From a virus (lineage: Duplodnaviria > Caudoviricetes), in the IMG/VR virus record IMGVR_UViG_3300032295_001253, positions 1 through 30,393 of that record: a stretch of DNA of 30,393 nt; one strand, 5' to 3'. A program made the translations under genes and the position numbers. A model generated the notes under the pieces. The model saw only the letters and a program-made list of their open reading frames with translations, was not told where the DNA came from and ran no database searches. Shown piece by piece: positions 24,727 to 30,393 of the stretch. Within the stretch, counting starts at the first letter, position 1, and each line of letters starts with the position of its first letter.

Positions 24727-25248
24727 ATGGCTAACCCATCATTTCTCACGGCTGGTAATTGGGATCCTACAGAATTCAAAAAAATCTTTCCGGCACAAGG
24801 ACAATCTTTTTATGGTTCTCCTCAAACTGCTCAAAACAGAATTTTTGAAATATATGAAAAATACAAAACTTCTCCACAAGAAGACCTCAGCAAACTTTCT
24901 GAAAATGAACGGATTCTTGCTAGATACACAGGTTTTAATCCGGCACAAGCTGCTATGACATCAGAACTTCAGAGGATAAATGCAGAAGATGCCTCCAGGT
25001 TATCCAGAGAAAACATTGATTATGCTGTTTCTCAGCAAGGTAAGTACGAAAAAGAAAGAGACGAAAGACGTTTTAAATACGGAATGCTTGCTAACCTAAC
25101 TCAACTTCCTGGACAAATTTTTTCTCAAAATGCAGCTTATAAACTTTTAGGCTCTCAAATGGGTACTCAATCCCTGGCAAATGTTTTAAATACACCTTCC
25201 GCTAATTTTGTTACTGCTCCTTTTCAGCCCCAAAAATACCTTAGTTAA
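24727..25248 (+). CDS. Hypothetical virion-associated protein
   Basis: ATG at 24727 (track uses TTG at 24721). Confidence 0.7.
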   Translation: MANPSFLTAGNWDPTEFKKIFPAQGQSFYGSPQTAQNRIFEIYEKYKTSPQEDLSKLSENERILARYTGFNPAQAAMTSELQRINAEDASRLSRENIDYAVSQQGKYEKERDERRFKYGMLANLTQLPGQIFSQNAAYKLLGSQMGTQSLANVLNTPSANFVTAPFQPQKYLS

Positions 25249-25254
25249 AATAAA

Positions 25255-25842
25255 ATGAGCTTCCCAGATTATCCGTATTTTTCAAATCCTTCTTTTGGGG
25301 TTAGCTCTTCTTTGAATCCCTTTCAAGGGGGTCCATCTTCTCAATTAAAAAGCAGTAGTTCAAGCGGAGGTTCGAAATTGGATCCCTTTTCAATAGCAAT
25401 GGCCGGTGTCGGTGGACTCGGCTCTGCAGTAGGAGGTATCTTTGGAAGCCAAGGCGCTGCTCAAGCTGCTTATCAAAACGCGGTTATGGCTGGAGCTGGT
25501 CTCCAGTATAAACAAGCAGAGGCACTTGGTTCCCTAGGGCAAGCACGTTGGGTACCAATGTTTGGCGCTGGTACTGGCGGCGATATTTCATTTGCACGAG
25601 AAAAAGAAGGCGAAAAATTTAAGCAATTTTTTAGTCGTCCCCAAGATTTGCTATATTCCACTCAAGCAGCGGAAAGGGCGCGAGCATTTAGCGAAGATCC
25701 TGCAACTCGCCAACAATCTGCGCGAGATCGAAAAAATGAACTTGAAATGGCAAGTCTTAAAGCAGGATTTCAAACATCACGTATGTTTGGTCCAATAGGA
25801 CAAGATGTTGCACTTGCCGGTAAATACGGTTTATTCGCATAG
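25255..25842 (+). CDS. Probable DNA pilot/ejection protein
   Basis: DPFSIAMAGVGGLGSAVGGIFGSQGAAQAA N-terminal motif typical of podovirus ejection proteins. Confidence 0.55.
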   Translation: MSFPDYPYFSNPSFGVSSSLNPFQGGPSSQLKSSSSSGGSKLDPFSIAMAGVGGLGSAVGGIFGSQGAAQAAYQNAVMAGAGLQYKQAEALGSLGQARWVPMFGAGTGGDISFAREKEGEKFKQFFSRPQDLLYSTQAAERARAFSEDPATRQQSARDRKNELEMASLKAGFQTSRMFGPIGQDVALAGKYGLFA

Positions 25843-25853
25843 AGGTAAACAAA

Positions 25854-26729
25854 ATGGGATCAGCACCTAGTTATACTCCGCCACCGCCCGACGATAGCTT
25901 CAAGAAATATCTTGAATATACGAAGGAAAAAGAAGCTACTTTAGAAGAGCGTGCAGCCAAAGAGCGTGAAGAAGCTAAAGCTGAGTCAACAGCACGCAAA
26001 GCTGCCGGTGCAGCAGCGTATGGTGGGCTAAAGAAAACAACTCAACAACAATTAGCTCAAGGCTTAATTGGATATGAGTCTGCTGCTAACCAATTGCGTG
26101 ATTATGCAACTAAATATGAGATGACTCCGCCAGAAGCGGACATCCAAGAACTGACTCAACAGTACACAGCATCTCTCCCTGGAAAGAGAGCCACAGGGAT
26201 CTCAGCGGCGTATGAAGAGCTTCTTGGTAGGCAAGCTACAGGAGAAGAACTTGCCAAGGCTCAGACGCGATTCCAAGAGGGTTACTACGGGACGATGGAG
26301 GACTTTAAAGGTTCTCTTGCCAAAAGCCCTGAGTACCAAAAGAAATTTAATCAAAGCTACCTGGACAATTACTATGACACGATGTTTGGTAAACAAACAG
26401 TTACTGCTGAAGGTGAAAAGACAGGTAAACGTGCTTTTAAATTTGACAAATCACTTCTTCCTCAATACTCTGGAGATCTTGCTAGCCGCACTAAAGTCAC
26501 GACCCCTGACTTCGGTCAAGAAATTACTGGTACTCCTTTTGAACTTCAAGAGCAAGTACAAAACATTCGCGATACCAGGCAGTATCTTTACAGTGCTGGC
26601 TTGACTAATCTCCAAGGGGAAATTGACAGTCAAGTACAGAAATTAAAGAATGAAGGATCCAAAGAAGTCGCTAAGATTGGTAGCTGGGGCAACGTCATGT
26701 CTAGTGCGTTGTCTGGATTCTGGAGTTAA
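25854..26729 (+). CDS. Probable virion protein (MGSAPSYTPPPP N-terminus, coiled coil)
   Basis: ORF; Pro-rich N-terminus, amphipathic C-terminus. Confidence 0.65.
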   Translation: MGSAPSYTPPPPDDSFKKYLEYTKEKEATLEERAAKEREEAKAESTARKAAGAAAYGGLKKTTQQQLAQGLIGYESAANQLRDYATKYEMTPPEADIQELTQQYTASLPGKRATGISAAYEELLGRQATGEELAKAQTRFQEGYYGTMEDFKGSLAKSPEYQKKFNQSYLDNYYDTMFGKQTVTAEGEKTGKRAFKFDKSLLPQYSGDLASRTKVTTPDFGQEITGTPFELQEQVQNIRDTRQYLYSAGLTNLQGEIDSQVQKLKNEGSKEVAKIGSWGNVMSSALSGFWS

Positions 26730-26737
26730 TTTACACT

Positions 26738-26746
26738 TGCTATAAT
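26738..26746 (+). promoter_or_regulatory. Extended -10 promoter TGCTATAAT
   Basis: Perfect TGnTATAAT 23 nt upstream of ATG 26770. Confidence 0.6.
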
Positions 26747-26769
26747 TTGTTTATTGAATCTTTTTTATA

Positions 26770-26940
26770 ATGACTGCTTCTTCTGGAACTGATACTGCAA
26801 CTGATTTTGATCTTAATCGTTTTCAGGAACTGTTAAATCGTCTGGAAGCGTCGAAAGGTCGCCAACAGCGTCAAAAATCTGTCGAAGGTCGCCGCGATAT
26901 CTTTTCGCAGGGCCTTGCTAGCATGATGTCTAATTTCTGA
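26770..26940 (+). CDS. 56-aa protein, tandem copy 1
   Basis: MTASSGTDTATDFDLNRFQELLNRLEASKGRQQRQKSVEGRRDIFSQGLASMMSNF (below the track cutoff). Confidence 0.9.
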   Translation: MTASSGTDTATDFDLNRFQELLNRLEASKGRQQRQKSVEGRRDIFSQGLASMMSNF

Positions 26941-26963
26941 TCGTTTAGTAAAATTTTTCTACA

Positions 26964-27134
26964 ATGACTGCTTCTTCTGGAACTGATACCGCAAGCGATT
27001 TTGATCTTAATCGTTTTCAAGAATTACTGGATCGCCTGGAGGCCTCCAAGGGTCGCCAACAGCGTCAGAAATCTGTTGAAGGTCGTCGCGATATTTTCTC
27101 GCAAGGTCTCGCTAGCATGATGTCTAACTTCTGA
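26964..27134 (+). CDS. 56-aa protein, tandem copy 2
   Basis: 54/56 aa identical to copy 1, with mostly synonymous differences. Confidence 0.9.
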   Translation: MTASSGTDTASDFDLNRFQELLDRLEASKGRQQRQKSVEGRRDIFSQGLASMMSNF

Positions 27135-27139
27135 TTGTT

Positions 27140-27280
27140 ATGCAATCTCCAGGTCAAGATCAACCATTGGGTCCTGAATTTGACCTGGAGAAGTATCGCA
27201 ATCTCCTGGAGAGTCTTCAACAATCTAAACGTGATAAAGAACGTTTGGATAAAAAACTTCCTTTACCAAAGCCGGTATAA
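27140..27280 (+). CDS. 46-aa protein, distant paralogue (FDLEKY..LL..L..SK)
   Basis: MQSPGQDQPLGPEFDLEKYRNLLESLQQSKRDKERLDKKLPLPKPV. Confidence 0.75.
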   Translation: MQSPGQDQPLGPEFDLEKYRNLLESLQQSKRDKERLDKKLPLPKPV

Positions 27281-27289
27281 TTTGTTATC

Positions 27290-27538
27290 ATGACTAGCAG
27301 TGTTCCCGCTGGCCAAACCGATGTTGATGATTGGTTTGATCTAGATAAGTACAAGCAAGCCGCTGGCGTGGCGTACGAATTTTCCAAGAAAAAAATGGAG
27401 ACTGCTGGTGAGCAAGAACGAGAAACTATTGGTAGAGGAGCAGGAGAGCAGCGCACTTCTGCAGAACAATCTCAGCGCTTTAAACAAGAGGACGAGGCGA
27501 GAGACTACGGTCAGTCCCAACGAGCTTATCGATATTGA
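27290..27538 (+). CDS. 82-aa protein sharing the FDLDKY...SK motif
   Basis: ORF preceded by TATAAT. Confidence 0.8.
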   Translation: MTSSVPAGQTDVDDWFDLDKYKQAAGVAYEFSKKKMETAGEQERETIGRGAGEQRTSAEQSQRFKQEDEARDYGQSQRAYRY

Positions 27539-28025
27539 GCTATTTGATCAGTGGGTAGACAATTTAGATTCTGCTACCCAAGAGAGTTTTCTTGAATTTG
27601 CCAAAAAGACATACTCTGTAATTGAGATTTATTTGTACTCCAGGTTTCTTGGATACAGAGGATCTATTACAGGTTGCAACGCCTGGGTCTTGACTCATTA
27701 CAAGAAACCAGATCATCTGCGTGTTCTTCTTAATGAGATCGAAGAGATCCAAGAAGACATGCGTAAGTTACGTGAAGATATTGAAAATCTTGCCGTCAAG
27801 CGTGATGCAGGTGTTGCAAGGCTTGCGGCAATGACGAAAGAATTGCGTGGCACCATTAATCAAGTTGAATCGTACACTACGGTTAAAGATCGCAAAGGAT
27901 TACTAATGGCTGGCGCAGATCAAGCCATCCGTGAGTTGCTTGCAGTATTTAAAGATGACCCAATTGAAGGTCCTTTGCAAGAAGCATCAATGTCAGTGTG
28001 GGCTAAAATGCAATTAAATGAATAA
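27408..28025 (+). CDS. Hypothetical coiled-coil protein; terminase small subunit candidate by position
   Basis: GGAG + GTG start overlapping the previous gene by 131 nt; start uncertain. Confidence 0.6.
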   Translation: MSKNEKLLVEEQESSALLQNNLSALNKRTRRETTVSPNELIDIELFDQWVDNLDSATQESFLEFAKKTYSVIEIYLYSRFLGYRGSITGCNAWVLTHYKKPDHLRVLLNEIEEIQEDMRKLREDIENLAVKRDAGVARLAAMTKELRGTINQVESYTTVKDRKGLLMAGADQAIRELLAVFKDDPIEGPLQEASMSVWAKMQLNE

Positions 28026-28030
28026 TATTG

Positions 28031-28180
28031 ATGCAACAACAGCAACCACCAACTAATGTCCCTATCCGTTCCGGAATTATTTTTGGTCCTGGTCGTTCCA
28101 CTCGTCTGCCTGATCCTGGTACGCCTGAGTACAAACAACTCGTAGATCGCATGCGTAACGCCGCACAAAACAATAAATGA
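28031..28180 (+). CDS. Small hypothetical protein (49 aa)
   Basis: MQQQQPPTNVPIRSGIIFGPGRSTRLPDPGTPEYKQLVDRMRNAAQNNK. Confidence 0.65.
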   Translation: MQQQQPPTNVPIRSGIIFGPGRSTRLPDPGTPEYKQLVDRMRNAAQNNK

Positions 28181-28338
28181 CAAAAGGTAAGATGCCACCT
28201 CAACTGGTGGAACACTTTAAAAAAAAGGAAGCCAAAAAAGAAGATGGCTCCGAGATGAATGACAAAGAAAAGCGTAAAGCAGCTTTAGATAAGGCGCGTA
28301 AGTATCAAGAGCAAAAACGCAACAAAACAAAAGAGTAG
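28177..28338 (+). CDS. Small Lys-rich protein (53 aa)
   Basis: MTKGKMPPQLVEHFKKKEAKK...; ATGA overlap. Confidence 0.75.
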   Translation: MTKGKMPPQLVEHFKKKEAKKEDGSEMNDKEKRKAALDKARKYQEQKRNKTKE

Positions 28339-28368
28339 GTTAGTATTAACTAAATTACTGGCTTTATT

Positions 28369-29895
28369 GTGCCTGCACATCTTCATCAAGCTTATCGACG
28401 TAATGCTCAAGCTGCTGCGCAAAAGCATCGCGTTCGTAAGCATGATAATGAAGATCTCCTGGAGCAGGCAAGAGAAGACTTTGGTTTTTTCTGTGATTAC
28501 GTAGCTGATAAACCACCTGCTAAGCATCACCAAGATTGGCATCGGCACCTGGTAACCAACCAAGACAGCTCTTGTTTACTCAAGGTTGCTGGTCCCAATA
28601 TTGATTTATTGGCACCCAGGGGATCAGCTAAGTCCACTGTCGCAGGCTTGTTTGCAGCATGGGCCATTGGTGTGCACACGGCAGCCAAGAGACCTTTACA
28701 AATTCTTTATCTTTCGTACACCGTTGATATCGCCCGATCTAAGTCGGCAACCATCAAAAGACTTATTGAAAGTAAAAAATATCAAGAAGTTTTTCCAACT
28801 GTAAAACTACTCAAGAACGTCACCAGTAATGAGTACTGGTCAATTGACCATCGTTTTGCGGGTATTGACATTGCTGGTGAAGAACAATTCACTCTTTGCG
28901 CTGCAGGCCTAAAGGGTTCAGTTACTTCAAAACGAAGCCAACTTGTAATCATTGATGACGCCATTAAAAGCTCGTCAGACATTTCCAACCCTGACATCAG
29001 GAAAATGATGCAGGATAACTGGAACGCAGTTATCGCACCAACTATGTTCGAAGGTGGTAGGGCGATTTGCCTTGGCACCAGATTCAGGCATGATGACATT
29101 CATGCAACTACTTTCAATTCGCAAAACAACTGGACGCAGATTGTTCTTTCTGCTATTCAGAGTGATCCGGACACTGGAGATGAGGAGTCTTATTGGCCGG
29201 AGATGTGGTCTCTTGACTACTTAAAAGAAAAGAAACGGCAAGCACCAATTGCTTTTTCTTTCCAGTACATGAATCAAATCGTCAGGCAGAACGAGTTATC
29301 TCTTGCGCCTGAGCTGATTGTCAAAGCTGAGATTGCAACCGAGTTTGATGCTCTTGGGGTTGGAGTTGACCTCTCCGCTGGTACAAAAGAAAAGAATGAT
29401 TACACCGTATTTGTTCTTGGCGGACGGCTTGGTGACAAAGTTCACATCATTGATTATCGCCGCATGCGTGTCATGGGTAACCTGGAAAAACTTGATGCGC
29501 TTAAAGAATTGCTTAATGATTGGTCAATTGTAGGCAAAGACAGTAACGGTCATTATTTTCCGACCTACAACACGTGTGACATATGGGGAGAAGCTGTACA
29601 GTACCAGGCATCTCTGGAGGCTGACTTCAAGCGGATCTGTTTAAGTGGAGACGGTCTATACAATTTAATCTGGCATCCTGTTAAAGGTTTTAGGGCTGAT
29701 AAGCTAGCTCGCTTCAGAGGAATCATGGGTATGTTTGAAGACCGAAAGCTTATCTTCAATCGTTACCGGAACTTCACTGCTATGTTCGAAGAACTTACTA
29801 ACTTTGGTGTTAGTAGTCACGACGACTGCGTCGACGCTCTCGTCTGGCTCGTAAACGGATTAGCAAAGAAAGGTAATCTTCAGGTTGATTACTGA
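28369..29895 (+). CDS. terL: Terminase large subunit
   Basis: Walker A APRGSAKST, Walker B LVIIDD, motif III LGTRF, nuclease GVDLS and HDDCVDA. Confidence 0.95.
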   Translation: MPAHLHQAYRRNAQAAAQKHRVRKHDNEDLLEQAREDFGFFCDYVADKPPAKHHQDWHRHLVTNQDSSCLLKVAGPNIDLLAPRGSAKSTVAGLFAAWAIGVHTAAKRPLQILYLSYTVDIARSKSATIKRLIESKKYQEVFPTVKLLKNVTSNEYWSIDHRFAGIDIAGEEQFTLCAAGLKGSVTSKRSQLVIIDDAIKSSSDISNPDIRKMMQDNWNAVIAPTMFEGGRAICLGTRFRHDDIHATTFNSQNNWTQIVLSAIQSDPDTGDEESYWPEMWSLDYLKEKKRQAPIAFSFQYMNQIVRQNELSLAPELIVKAEIATEFDALGVGVDLSAGTKEKNDYTVFVLGGRLGDKVHIIDYRRMRVMGNLEKLDALKELLNDWSIVGKDSNGHYFPTYNTCDIWGEAVQYQASLEADFKRICLSGDGLYNLIWHPVKGFRADKLARFRGIMGMFEDRKLIFNRYRNFTAMFEELTNFGVSSHDDCVDALVWLVNGLAKKGNLQVDY

Positions 29896-29924
29896 CGATT
29901 AGAATAAGAAGAAAATCTTTTGCC

Positions 29925-30215
29925 ATGGGACCTGAGTACCTGGCGATTCTGATTACAACTGGTATTGCAGGTGTCTCAGGTGGTACCTGGGCTGCTAATA
30001 AGTTGTTATCCAGGTCGCATGAACGAATAAAACAGCTCTCTGATCGCGTGACAATTCAAGAAAAAAAAGTTGAAAATCTTGATGATAGTTTCAACCGTAT
30101 GCCCCTGGAATACGTATTAAAGGTTGATTTTTTACGGGAAATCCAGCATATGCATGACACCTTCAAGGAAATCAATAGTAAGCTGGACAGAATGATGGAT
30201 CGCCTTTTGAAATGA
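29925..30215 (+). CDS. Membrane-anchored coiled-coil protein (holin-like candidate)
   Basis: N-terminal hydrophobic helix followed by heptad coil; YVLKVDF...I..KLDR. Confidence 0.55.
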   Translation: MGPEYLAILITTGIAGVSGGTWAANKLLSRSHERIKQLSDRVTIQEKKVENLDDSFNRMPLEYVLKVDFLREIQHMHDTFKEINSKLDRMMDRLLK

Positions 30216-30393
30216 CCAGCTACATTATCGAGATTCAAGAAGATCAAGACGGAGAACTTTTTATTCAGTTCCCCGAAGAAATCATTGAGGAACTCGGTTG
30301 GCAGGAAGGAGATATTCTCTCGTGGAATCTCAAAGGGGAAGGAATTGTTCTTTCTCGTTTGAATGATGAAAGTGGCTACGAAGTAATAGAAGA
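30212..30393 (+). CDS. AbrB/MazE-like DNA-binding protein (runs off the right edge)
   Basis: MTSYIIEIQEDQDGELFIQFPEEIIEELGWQEGDILSWNLKGEGIVLSR. Confidence 0.75.
   Translation, partial: MTSYIIEIQEDQDGELFIQFPEEIIEELGWQEGDILSWNLKGEGIVLSRLNDESGYEVIE

Overview
This is a 30.4-kb piece of a tailed dsDNA phage genome, most likely a T7/podovirus-like freshwater cyanophage (inferred from cyanobacterial-type DnaA boxes, a DUF5895-like gene and an AbrB-like gene). It has two divergent arms that meet at about 16.9-18.0 kb. The minus arm (1-17884) holds early and replication genes: family A DNA polymerase (Tyr762 type), a tandem-domain SSB, GP88-like, PcfJ-like, RlpA-like, an NrdR-type Zn-ribbon/HTH protein, a tRNA-Leu(UAA) and many small ORFs. 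The plus arm (17987-end) holds probable virion/ejection proteins, a tandem family of tiny paralogues and the terminase large subunit. The most striking signal is non-coding: the intergenic spaces of the minus arm carry three repeated structured-RNA families. These are (1) nine compact H-type pseudoknots with compensatory base changes, 20-34 nt before start codons; (2) four tRNA-like 12-bp minihelices with 7-nt T-loops, each followed by a second structure; and (3) three double-hairpin elements. Together they suggest an RNA-level mRNA processing/protection system. Three perfect TTTTCCACA DnaA boxes lie near the arm junction. All protein calls are by eye from motifs; no database searches were run.
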